Made by a program: the position numbers and the translations under genes
The notes under the pieces: generated by a model
Seen by the model: the letters and a program-made list of their open reading frames with translations, nothing else
The model's database searches: none
Told to the model about the DNA's origin: nothing
Shown: one piece after another, positions 1-7,923 of the stretch
How the letters are laid out: every line of letters starts with the position of its first letter
How positions within the stretch are numbered: the stretch's first letter is position 1
Virus record (IMG/VR): IMGVR_UViG_3300008113_000307
Coordinates: 1-21,918 of that record
Origin: a virus
Lineage: Duplodnaviria > Heunggongvirae > Uroviricota > Caudoviricetes
Length of the DNA stretch: 21,918 nucleotides
Strand: one strand, 5' to 3'

Positions 1-174
1 TACAGCAACTACTGGATGCAGATTGTGGGCACACGCGGATTCAAGGGCAAAAAGACCATGAATGCACGTACTCAGTTCAATGTCTTGTTTGACATGTCTG
101 AACCCAAAGTCGAAGACGATGGTTGCGAATTTGACTCTGCGGCCATGGACCAATTACAAAAGGAACAATCATGA
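1..174 (+). CDS. 3' end of an upstream CDS truncated by the window edge; context suggests it may be the DpdA/TGT-like transglycosylase (unverified)
   Basis: Frame 1 is open from base 1 (YSNYWMQIVGTRGFKGKKTMNARTQFNVLFDMSEPKVEDDGCEFDSAAMDQLQKEQS*) to TGA 172-174, overlapping the next ATG (ATGA). The product guess is from neighbourhood only. Confidence 0.6.
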   Translation, partial: YSNYWMQIVGTRGFKGKKTMNARTQFNVLFDMSEPKVEDDGCEFDSAAMDQLQKEQS

Positions 175-680
175 ACAGAACAGGACATGAAGATGTCAAT
201 TTTTTTTACGGAACCGAAGTAGAGAATACCCCGGCTTACGGCAAGACTACCTTGTTTGTGGTAGGAATTCAAAAGTCAGACGATATTCTAGCAGCCATGA
301 CTCGGGGGTCAAAGCCTGTGGGGCATATCTTTTTTGGTGCCAATCACAGTTTTGATCCTCGAAACAATCTGGATTGGTCACGCTGGGAAGGCATGATAGG
401 GTCGTTTCTCTCTCGAGGTTATTTGTGTAGTCTGGACATTCCCATCACTGCTGTGGCGGATTTCAACGAAACCGGCTTGTGCGAATTCAGGAACTTTATT
501 CCACAGATTCGAGTAAGTGTCCCCTATACAAAACTGTGGAATTATAATACAATGTTAAAAATAGATGATGTAGATTTTGATGCAACCAATCCTGGAGTGT
601 GGACACATAGTTTACACAGCCTAATGAGTCGTAGCACGTTTACATCCTGGGATGAATATTCAAAGGACCAACCAGTATGA
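171..680 (+). CDS. Hypothetical protein in the deazaguanine cluster
   Basis: 169-aa ORF with ATGA overlaps at both ends; no motif recognised. Confidence 0.75.
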   Translation: MNRTGHEDVNFFYGTEVENTPAYGKTTLFVVGIQKSDDILAAMTRGSKPVGHIFFGANHSFDPRNNLDWSRWEGMIGSFLSRGYLCSLDIPITAVADFNETGLCEFRNFIPQIRVSVPYTKLWNYNTMLKIDDVDFDATNPGVWTHSLHSLMSRSTFTSWDEYSKDQPV

Positions 681-1132
681 ACCAACAAAGAGAACAAGCA
701 CTTGCTGAAAATCGCAGCAGAATCATGACCCGAGCCGATAAAAAAATCTGGGTGACCTTTCGGAAGGAAGGCATTCACAAATACCCTGCAGCAGCCACAG
801 ACCCAGAACTGGCCACTGGAGATGAGTATGACGTTTCGTTTTTGAGTTATCCTCATCGCCATATCTTTCATTTTCAGGTGTGGATTGATGTGCTGCATTC
901 AGATCGAGATATCGAATTCATCCAGTTTAAACGCTGGTTGGAGAATCTTTACAAAGAAGGCACTCTCCAGCTGGATTTTAAAAGTTGCGAAATGATGGCA
1001 GATGATTTATATATGCAGATCGCCAGCCGCTATCCTGACCGTGCTGTCTGGATTGAGGTCTCCGAAGACGGTGAAAACGGAGCACTCATAAAATATGAAA
1101 CCCACCAACCCCTTCAATCAATCAAAATCTAA
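677..1132 (+). CDS. QueD/PTPS-like T-fold paralogue, probable DpdL-like 7-carboxy-7-deazaguanine decarboxylase
   Basis: Contains EGIHKYP and FLSYPHRHIFHF (LxxxHRHxF) plus RDIEFIQFKRWLE, a QueD-like fold. A canonical queD is present separately at 7924. Confidence 0.65.
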   Translation: MNQQREQALAENRSRIMTRADKKIWVTFRKEGIHKYPAAATDPELATGDEYDVSFLSYPHRHIFHFQVWIDVLHSDRDIEFIQFKRWLENLYKEGTLQLDFKSCEMMADDLYMQIASRYPDRAVWIEVSEDGENGALIKYETHQPLQSIKI

Positions 1133-1140
1133 GGACTATT

Positions 1141-1368
1141 ATGGCCAAGCCAACCTTTAAACCCAATCCACGCATGACCGAGATCTTTGATGATCTGGAC
1201 AAGTTCCTGGAGTTCTGTCAGGAATATGGGTATCGCTACAACGAAGGCGATCTCTACAACTTTCGCAGTTATGCTTGGCAGCAGTACAGCAAGTACAGCC
1301 AGGGCAAGAACGCCAAGAACATGTGGTGGGAGGACGCTCGACGCTTTGCAGGATTCCGTCCAGCATAA
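1141..1368 (+). CDS. Small hypothetical protein
   Basis: 75-aa ORF with SD-like AAGGA about 5-9 nt upstream, filling the gap between neighbours. Confidence 0.75.
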   Translation: MAKPTFKPNPRMTEIFDDLDKFLEFCQEYGYRYNEGDLYNFRSYAWQQYSKYSQGKNAKNMWWEDARRFAGFRPA

Positions 1369-1371
1369 CGC

Positions 1372-2247
1372 ATGATCAATGTGTTTTTTGTTCCCGGAAT
1401 GTTCGGGTCAACAATAGAGTATGTTCTAAGTAATTATACTCAAGAACATACTCCAGTCGATGCGACCATCTGCGAGGATGGATCTATGCATTCGTACAGT
1501 AAACAACTGCATATTACCGATCTTGATTGTGTTGTGCGTATGGCTAGTAACGATCTAGCGTGTAAAATTATCACACCAATTTATCCATTTAAGCATCAGC
1601 ACCTTCCGGAAATTTTAACAAATTTTAAATCTACTGAGTCAGATAAAAATATACTGATGTATGCTGGTTCTTTGCAGTCAGCAGAACTTAACATGTTATT
1701 TCAGTATCACAAAATAGCATTTGGTACAAATTTACAACTTGGATTAACAATTTTCTCTGGCAGTAATGCACACAACATTGTGAATTGGAACACTGATTAT
1801 ACGTCCTGGGATCAAATGAAACCTTGGGAATGGCGTGAGTGGTTTAGTCTGTTTTATGTTGTGTGGACACAAGAATGGCAACAATCAGTCAATCAGGTGC
1901 CGGAGTATTTTTTAAAAATAAAAAATACTGATTTGTTGTTTGATACAGGATCGACATTGACCAAACTGATTGATTTTTGCAAACTCACCGCCAAACCTGG
2001 GCTTGCTGAATTTGTTCAAGAATGGCAAGGCCGACAGCAATACATTGTTGATGAGTTTGAATTATTGGATCAAATTGTAACTTATACTGTGAACAATCAG
2101 GAATTCTCATGGCAACCTGTCAACATAGTAGCTGAGGCCATTGTTCAGCAACGATTGCGAGCAAGAGGATACGAAATTCGCTGTGATGGTCTAAATACAT
2201 TCCCAACTGATGCCAAAACTCTTTACAATCTACTGGAACCAGTGTAA
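1372..2247 (+). CDS. Hypothetical protein with an N-terminal P-loop/sulfotransferase-like start; AT-rich accessory gene
   Basis: 291-aa ORF beginning VFFVPGMFGSTIEY (beta strand then GxxGST); visibly AT-richer than its flanks. Confidence 0.6.
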   Translation: MINVFFVPGMFGSTIEYVLSNYTQEHTPVDATICEDGSMHSYSKQLHITDLDCVVRMASNDLACKIITPIYPFKHQHLPEILTNFKSTESDKNILMYAGSLQSAELNMLFQYHKIAFGTNLQLGLTIFSGSNAHNIVNWNTDYTSWDQMKPWEWREWFSLFYVVWTQEWQQSVNQVPEYFLKIKNTDLLFDTGSTLTKLIDFCKLTAKPGLAEFVQEWQGRQQYIVDEFELLDQIVTYTVNNQEFSWQPVNIVAEAIVQQRLRARGYEIRCDGLNTFPTDAKTLYNLLEPV

Positions 2248-2256
2248 AATACAATC

Positions 2257-2535
2257 ATGAACTCAGAACAAACTGATCAAGATAATCTCGAGTCCCTGGC
2301 CGAGATGTTGGATACTGCATTGACCAGCCAGGATCCTCGTGTGGTCTCGGCCCTGCGTCAACTCATGATCATGGTGGCCCTGACTCGCCCAGACGCGGCT
2401 GCTGACAAAAACACGAAAAAATACGATTACGATATCCAACAATATCGAAACCCTTGGTCTGATTCGATGAGGGTCAAATCTGAATACCGTGACGCCCAAA
2501 TGCTGAAAAAACTACAAAGTATAAAAGGAATATAA
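2257..2535 (+). CDS. Hypothetical protein
   Basis: 92-aa ORF with a TAATG overlap to the next gene. Confidence 0.65.
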   Translation: MNSEQTDQDNLESLAEMLDTALTSQDPRVVSALRQLMIMVALTRPDAAADKNTKKYDYDIQQYRNPWSDSMRVKSEYRDAQMLKKLQSIKGI

Positions 2536-3188
2536 TGCGCAAACTCTACTACATGGGACTTGAAAGTTACGAGGCCCGATACACTCTACAACTGTCTGAA
2601 TGGAGCCGTGCGGTGTTTGACCGTCGTGGTGTGGACGTGGTGTACGTGCCTGGCCAGGTGATTGACAACACACAGGCCATCTCAGTAGGACAGGTGTTGG
2701 ACGCACATGGTCGCAGTTACTTTGCCATGAGCCAGATGATGAATCTGGTGCAGATGATGAAGAACGGTGCGGTCACTGGTGACGATGTGGTGTTCTTTGA
2801 AGACATGTTCCAACCTGGGTTTGAAAGCCTTGGTTACATTCTCAATCAAGTGCCTGAATCGCAACAACCGCGTATCTATGTTCGTTGCTTGGCACAGGCC
2901 ATTGACCCCGATGACTTTGTGCATGTGTGGGGCATGAGTAAGTGGATGGGCCTGTATGAGCAAATGGTCAATGACATTGTGCGAGACTCCGGCGGTGCTG
3001 TGTTGGCTACCACCGAAGAGATGGTCGCTCACATGAGAATTGCAGGCTGGACTGCTGACATCTACAACATTTCAGGCCTGGCATTTGGCAAGACAGAAGT
3101 TCAAGGTCGCATTGGCGGTGCTGCAAACATTCGTTGTTTGCTGCACGTTGGGATCAAGAAAAGCAGCCAGACTTTTACATGGACTTGA
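2535..3188 (+). CDS. GT-B glycosyltransferase, N-terminal part (frameshifted near 3133)
   Basis: MRKLYYMGLE...FFEDMFQPG...AQAIDPDDF reads as an N-terminal GT-B domain. After GGAANIR the reading becomes non-homologous-looking (CLLHVGIKKSSQTFTWT*). Confidence 0.7.
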   Translation: MRKLYYMGLESYEARYTLQLSEWSRAVFDRRGVDVVYVPGQVIDNTQAISVGQVLDAHGRSYFAMSQMMNLVQMMKNGAVTGDDVVFFEDMFQPGFESLGYILNQVPESQQPRIYVRCLAQAIDPDDFVHVWGMSKWMGLYEQMVNDIVRDSGGAVLATTEEMVAHMRIAGWTADIYNISGLAFGKTEVQGRIGGAANIRCLLHVGIKKSSQTFTWT

Positions 3189-3721
3189 TTGAAATGTGGC
3201 ATGCTCAGGGCCCACATCCAGTGGAGTTTGCTCTACTACAAGGTGGGCCGCTACGCAGCAATGATCCCAAGTACGTGGCTCGTGCAAGACAGATGGCTGC
3301 AGAAGGTAAACTCGCAATTCATGAGAATCTAAAGAAAAATGATTACTACAATATTCTTAATGATAGCCGTGTGATGTTCAACTGTGCGCTGCAAGACTGG
3401 GTAAGCAATACAGTGTCGGAAGCAGATGCTCTTGGCTGTAATGTTCTATACCCTGCTTATAGGAGTTTCCCTGAAACTTTTGCACATGACCCTGACCGTT
3501 TATACGTTCCCTGGAGCATTGACGATGCGTTTGTAAAACTGCAACTGTTGTTGCGTGAACCACATCACAACATGGGCTTGATCTCAGACTGGAACAACGG
3601 CACTGTGGATCGCTGTGTGGACATCATGCAGGGCACAGGCGACCAATGGTTGCGTTCAGGCAGAAACTATCGCAACCATGTGAGCGAATCTAAATATCAT
3701 GTGGTCAAGGTGGAAGAATGA
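3134..3721 (+). CDS. GT-B glycosyltransferase, C-terminal nucleotide-sugar-binding part (continuation of 2535 in the -1 frame)
   Basis: FAARWDQEKQP (GT4-like xRxxxxK motif) and QDWVSNTVSEADALGCNVLYP (E-x7-E-like region); starts at TTG with no RBS. Confidence 0.7.
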   Translation: MFAARWDQEKQPDFYMDLIEMWHAQGPHPVEFALLQGGPLRSNDPKYVARARQMAAEGKLAIHENLKKNDYYNILNDSRVMFNCALQDWVSNTVSEADALGCNVLYPAYRSFPETFAHDPDRLYVPWSIDDAFVKLQLLLREPHHNMGLISDWNNGTVDRCVDIMQGTGDQWLRSGRNYRNHVSESKYHVVKVEE

Positions 3722-4665
3722 TGGTAGTAGTAACAGGAGCCGCGGGCTATATCGGCGGCGAGATTGCATTGTTGTTGCAGGATGCAGGACACACAGTGAT
3801 CGGCATTGATCGACGTCCTTGTCCGGCACATTTGAAAGATGTGTTTGGCGAGTTTGTTCAAGCTGATTTTGACAGCGACGAAGCATATCGAAGCTTGATC
3901 AAGTCGCAGCCTGAGGCTGTGGTGCATTGTGCTGGCACCAGCTTGGTTGGCCCTAGTATAAAATATCCAAGTGATTACTATCACAACAACGTGGTCAAGA
4001 CTTTGAATCTCTTGAACATCATGCACAGTGCGCTGCCCCGAACTAGGCTGATTTTCAGTTCGAGTGCAGCCGTGTATGGCGAACCCATCATGAATCCTTG
4101 TCACGAAGTTGATCCTAAGGAACCAGTAAGCCCGTATGGCGAAAGCAAGCTCATGATAGAACAGATTCTGGAGAGCTATCATCGTGCGTATGGCCTAGAC
4201 TATGTGGCGTTTCGTTACTTCAATGCCTGCGGTGCCGATAGCCAAGGGCGTCACGGACAAGAACCTGGTGCTACACACATCATTGCTCGTGTGCTAGAAA
4301 GCATCCGCGACGGTCAAGAGTTTGTGCTGAACGGCATTGACTATCCCACGCCTGATGGCACCTGTGTGCGTGACTATGTGCATGTGGAAGACATTGCTCG
4401 AGCACATGTTCTGGCCCTAGATCGGCGTGTGGAGCCGGGTGTGTATAATCTGGGTACCAGTCAAGGCATCAGCAATCGTGAAATTATCGACACTGCTCAG
4501 CAGGTCACAGGCTCTGCTGTGGTGATTCGTGTGGGAGATCGACGCCCGGGTGATCCTCCCATGCTAACTGCTGGTGCAGACAAGTTCAATCGCTACACCA
4601 CTGAGTGGCGCAAATATAATTTAGACGACATAATTGGCCATGCATGGGCATGGTACAAACAATGA
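3718..4665 (+). CDS. galE: UDP-glucose 4-epimerase (extended SDR)
   Basis: VTGAAGYIGG, FSSSAAVYGEP, YGESK (YxxxK), FRYFNACGA, DGTCVRDYVHVEDIARAH, RRPGDP. Confidence 0.9.
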   Translation: MMVVVTGAAGYIGGEIALLLQDAGHTVIGIDRRPCPAHLKDVFGEFVQADFDSDEAYRSLIKSQPEAVVHCAGTSLVGPSIKYPSDYYHNNVVKTLNLLNIMHSALPRTRLIFSSSAAVYGEPIMNPCHEVDPKEPVSPYGESKLMIEQILESYHRAYGLDYVAFRYFNACGADSQGRHGQEPGATHIIARVLESIRDGQEFVLNGIDYPTPDGTCVRDYVHVEDIARAHVLALDRRVEPGVYNLGTSQGISNREIIDTAQQVTGSAVVIRVGDRRPGDPPMLTAGADKFNRYTTEWRKYNLDDIIGHAWAWYKQ

Positions 4666-5801
4666 CTTGGTCGGTTTATCAACACTGGGATCCGTTAAGA
4701 GTTTGCGTAGTAGGTCGTAGCTACCCTCCTGAATTTTATTCCTGGATTAAAGTTCCTCATGTTAGAAAATTATTTGAACGTATTGCTATTGAGACAGAAG
4801 AAGATTATCAAGGCATAATAAAGTTATTAGAAAAATTTGGGGTAGAAGTACTGCGGCCGAACTTAGCAAAAACAACACTTGTGAATGGTAAGTTTTTGCC
4901 GCCGCCGATGACCCCGCGAGATTATAACATCATGATTGGCAGTACGTTTTACAACAATTATGGATTTGATTTTAAAAACTTTTATCTAAAGATCAAAGAT
5001 CCGATGTGGCCTGAGTGTGATAATTTAAATGATTTTTATAAGTTGCCTGACGTAATCAAAAAAGAATGCATAGACACATTCAAACTTGATGAACAGATAA
5101 GTGAATATCACGATTATTCCTTAATTTCTGATCGTGTAAAAAAACAAGGGAACACAATTAATAATTTTATTAATGTTCAAAATATTAACGGGGCAATGAT
5201 ATCAAGAATAGGTCGCGATTTATATTTTGGCACCAAATCATATGATCAGGATACCGCGGGCATTCAGCAGCTGGTTGATCAAGAATTTCAGAACACTAGA
5301 AATCATGTGATTAATACAGGAGGGCACAGTGACGGAACATACTGCCCTGTTTGTCCGGGGTTAATTATAAGTCTTGAGGACATACCAACTTATAAAGATA
5401 CATTTCCTGGCTGGGAAGTGATTTATCTTCCAGAACAAAGTTGGGAAGCAGTACGACCTTTTCTTGATCTCAAAAAAAAGAATAATGGGCGCTGGTGGAT
5501 TCCGGGATTTGAACACAACAACAATGTGGTAGACGTGGTTGAGTCCTGGTTGGCTCACTGGACTGGGTATGTAGAAGAAACAGTGTTTGATGTCAACATG
5601 TTGATCATTGATCCCAAAAACGTCGCTGTGTTTAGCTACAACAAGCAGGTATTTGATGCACTAGACCGATACGGAATCACTCCTCACATTGTGCCATTTA
5701 GGCATAGATATTTCTGGGATGGTGGTATTCACTGTGTGACCAGCGATTTGCATCGAGAAGGCGTTATGCAAGATTTTTTTCCGGAGCGCAACCGTGTTTG
5801 A
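4662..5801 (+). CDS. Amidinotransferase (pentein) family protein, glycine/inosamine amidinotransferase-like
   Basis: WDPLRVCVVG, PRD, GHSDG (His-x-Asp), and C-terminal WDGGIHCVTSDLHR with the catalytic Cys. Start taken at ATG 4662 (ATGA overlap). Confidence 0.8.
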   Translation: MTWSVYQHWDPLRVCVVGRSYPPEFYSWIKVPHVRKLFERIAIETEEDYQGIIKLLEKFGVEVLRPNLAKTTLVNGKFLPPPMTPRDYNIMIGSTFYNNYGFDFKNFYLKIKDPMWPECDNLNDFYKLPDVIKKECIDTFKLDEQISEYHDYSLISDRVKKQGNTINNFINVQNINGAMISRIGRDLYFGTKSYDQDTAGIQQLVDQEFQNTRNHVINTGGHSDGTYCPVCPGLIISLEDIPTYKDTFPGWEVIYLPEQSWEAVRPFLDLKKKNNGRWWIPGFEHNNNVVDVVESWLAHWTGYVEETVFDVNMLIIDPKNVAVFSYNKQVFDALDRYGITPHIVPFRHRYFWDGGIHCVTSDLHREGVMQDFFPERNRV

Positions 5802-6390
5802 TAAGATTCTAAAGTTTGAACAAGAACTAGCTGAGTTCACTGGCGCACCTTATGCGGTCATGACCGATTGTTGCACACATGCTATCGAACTGTGCTTGCG
5901 ATATGATTGCGTGACTGAGTGTAGTTTTACGCCTTACACTTATCTCAGTGTCGCCATGACCATGCACAAACTGCGTATTGATTATCGGTATCACGAACAC
6001 GAATGGCAACGCTGGATTGGAGAATATCCGTTTGTGGGCACCAGAATCTGGGACAGTGCTCGACGCCTGGAACGAAACATGTATCGAGCCGGTACCATGC
6101 AGTGCTTGAGTTTTGGACATTCTAAGCCTTTACACATAGGCCGTGGAGGTGCTATACTGTTGGATGACCCAGTGGCATATCACGAGATACTTTTGCAACG
6201 CTATGATGGTCGCGATCTAAATATCACACCATGGTCTCAACAACAAACATTCAGAGTTGGATATCACTACAAGCCCACACCAGAAGAAGCAGAACTAGGT
6301 TCCGCACTGCTGCAGGGCATACGAGAAAATCCACCCGAGCCCCGATTTGTTGAGTATCCAGATTTACGAACCATCACTATCAAGGACTAA
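5794..6390 (+). CDS. Short DegT/DnrJ/EryC1/StrS-like PLP-dependent aminotransferase
   Basis: FEQELAEFTGAPYAV...CTHAIEL, WDSA (PLP Asp), LSFGHSKPLHIGRGGAIL (PLP Lys); only 198 aa. Confidence 0.75.
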   Translation: MFDKILKFEQELAEFTGAPYAVMTDCCTHAIELCLRYDCVTECSFTPYTYLSVAMTMHKLRIDYRYHEHEWQRWIGEYPFVGTRIWDSARRLERNMYRAGTMQCLSFGHSKPLHIGRGGAILLDDPVAYHEILLQRYDGRDLNITPWSQQQTFRVGYHYKPTPEEAELGSALLQGIRENPPEPRFVEYPDLRTITIKD

Positions 6391-6391
6391 A

Positions 6392-7042
6392 ATGACAGAT
6401 AAAAATCAAACAGCACTAGACGCCATGGCTGGCGACGGCGGCTACGGTCTGGCCAAAGCATGCGATCATCTTCGCTTTAAATTCAAGCGTGACGGGAAAC
6501 GTTTCTGGGCTGGCGATAACATTAGCGAATACATCAGCAAGGGCACAGCTCGACGCTTGGCCAAGATGTACTTTAATGAAATAATGGCAGGAAGATATGA
6601 ACCAGCACCAGACGCAACAGCATTTCCCAACGATTCGGCAGACCGTTACGAAGGTATGTTGGTGGTACGTAGTGAGTTGCGCTCTATGTGCAGTCATCAT
6701 CATCAGCCCGTTAGCGGTGTCGCTTACATTGGCATCATCGCCGCAGAAAAACTTATTGGTCTTAGCAAGTACACTCGTATTGCTCAGTGGTGTGCTCGCC
6801 GCGGTACCTTACAAGAAGAACTAGCCAACGATATTGCTCGTGAGATACAGAATGCCACCGATGCCCGAGATGTAGGAGTTTACATACAGGCGGTGCATGG
6901 CTGCTGTGAGAATCGTGGCATCATGGCACACTCCAGCCTCACACAGACCACTGTGCTAAAAGGTGCGTTTAAATCTGATCCTGGTGTGAAAAAAGAATTC
7001 TTTGACAACATCAAACTGCAACAGGACTTTGCTCCACGATGA
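6392..7042 (+). CDS. folE: GTP cyclohydrolase I (FolE), apparently lacking part of the N-terminal helical region
   Basis: TARRLAKMY, SMCSHHHQP, IGLSKYTRI, LQEEL, HGCCENRG. The likely start is ATG 6392 after AAGGA. Confidence 0.92.
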   Translation: MTDKNQTALDAMAGDGGYGLAKACDHLRFKFKRDGKRFWAGDNISEYISKGTARRLAKMYFNEIMAGRYEPAPDATAFPNDSADRYEGMLVVRSELRSMCSHHHQPVSGVAYIGIIAAEKLIGLSKYTRIAQWCARRGTLQEELANDIAREIQNATDARDVGVYIQAVHGCCENRGIMAHSSLTQTTVLKGAFKSDPGVKKEFFDNIKLQQDFAPR

Positions 7043-7467
7043 CACAGCCATTACGCGATGATCTCATGGTGCAACAACAATTGCCGGCGCAGAATGAATG
7101 GATCCGGAGTTGGCAGCACATGGTGGCTGTGATCATGCTGAACCAGACCGGAAGGAAACCAGTCAAAACGGTGCTGCCCATGTTCTTAACAAGATGGTCA
7201 TCGCCTCAGCAATTTCTCATCGCCCAGAAAGATGATGTGCGTGATGTTATCTGGAGTCTGGGCATGGTCAATCGACGATATGAACGACTGTGTAAGATGA
7301 GTGTGAATTTTTTAGAATGGGACGGTGAAGATGCCAGCAAGTTGTATGGCATAGGAAAGTATGGATCCGACTCATATGAAATATTTTTCAAACAGAACTA
7401 TGCAGTAGTGCCCACTGACAAAGAACTCAAACGATATTTGGAAGAAGAAGTGTATGGATTTGTATGA
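7039..7467 (+). CDS. HhH-GPD DNA glycosylase, MBD4-like catalytic domain
   Basis: WQHMVAVIMLNQT...LGMVNRR...LYGIGKYGSDSYEIF, matching the HhH motif and catalytic Asp pattern of MBD4-like glycosylases. Confidence 0.75.
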   Translation: MTQPLRDDLMVQQQLPAQNEWIRSWQHMVAVIMLNQTGRKPVKTVLPMFLTRWSSPQQFLIAQKDDVRDVIWSLGMVNRRYERLCKMSVNFLEWDGEDASKLYGIGKYGSDSYEIFFKQNYAVVPTDKELKRYLEEEVYGFV

Positions 7468-7849
7468 AGCACAGAAATCAGGTATTGCACCCTGGGATCA
7501 AACAGTTGTAGAACTCAGTGACTTTCATGTGGCGGTGTTTCGTGACCGATTTCCGGTCACTCGCGGTCACTTGTTGTTTGTGCCTAGATTCAATACTCCT
7601 GGAGTAATCCGAGACTGTTTTGAATCTGCCATGGCCGAAGGCAACCGAATGGTCTCTGCCGGCCAATGTGATGCATTCAATGTGGGCATGAATTGTGGTA
7701 CTGCAGCCGGACAGACCGTGATGTATCCGCATGTGCACATGATTCCAAGACACCGCAATGATTGCGGGGATCCTGTGGGTGGTGTTCGGGCAGTGATTCC
7801 GGGGCAGGCCAACTACAAAACCGACACCTATCAACAGCCCGATAAATAA
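7454..7849 (+). CDS. HIT-family nucleotide hydrolase
   Basis: DRFPVTRGHLLFVP and FNVGMNCGTAAGQTVMYPHVHMIPR (histidine-triad region). Confidence 0.88.
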   Translation: MDLYEAQKSGIAPWDQTVVELSDFHVAVFRDRFPVTRGHLLFVPRFNTPGVIRDCFESAMAEGNRMVSAGQCDAFNVGMNCGTAAGQTVMYPHVHMIPRHRNDCGDPVGGVRAVIPGQANYKTDTYQQPDK

Positions 7850-7855
7850 TGATCC

Positions 7856-7918
7856 AGCGGTCTCCGGCTCATCCCGCTATACAAACTCTGCTGCCTATGC
7901 TATAATCAACATAGGAGA
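7856..7918 (+). promoter_or_regulatory. preQ1-I-like riboswitch candidate with an anti-SD hairpin, upstream of queD
   Basis: P1 AGCGG(7856-60)/CCGCT(7874-78), loop ending CATC, A-rich tail ATACAAAC, then hairpin CCTATG(7894-99)/CATAGG(7910-15) overlapping SD AGGAGA(7913-18). Preceded by ATAAATA at 7842-48. Confidence 0.6.
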
Positions 7919-7923
7919 ATTAA

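Noticed and set aside
3059-3188. Programmed -1 ribosomal frameshift in the GT-B gene
   Set aside because: No slippery heptamer or obvious stimulatory structure, and residues appear to be missing rather than just shifted.
4662-5801. Amidinotransferase as an archaeosine (G+) synthase
   Set aside because: Known G+ enzymes are ArcS, QueF-like or GAT-QueC and act on preQ0. This is a pentein-fold enzyme and no QueC is visible, so the link is unsupported.
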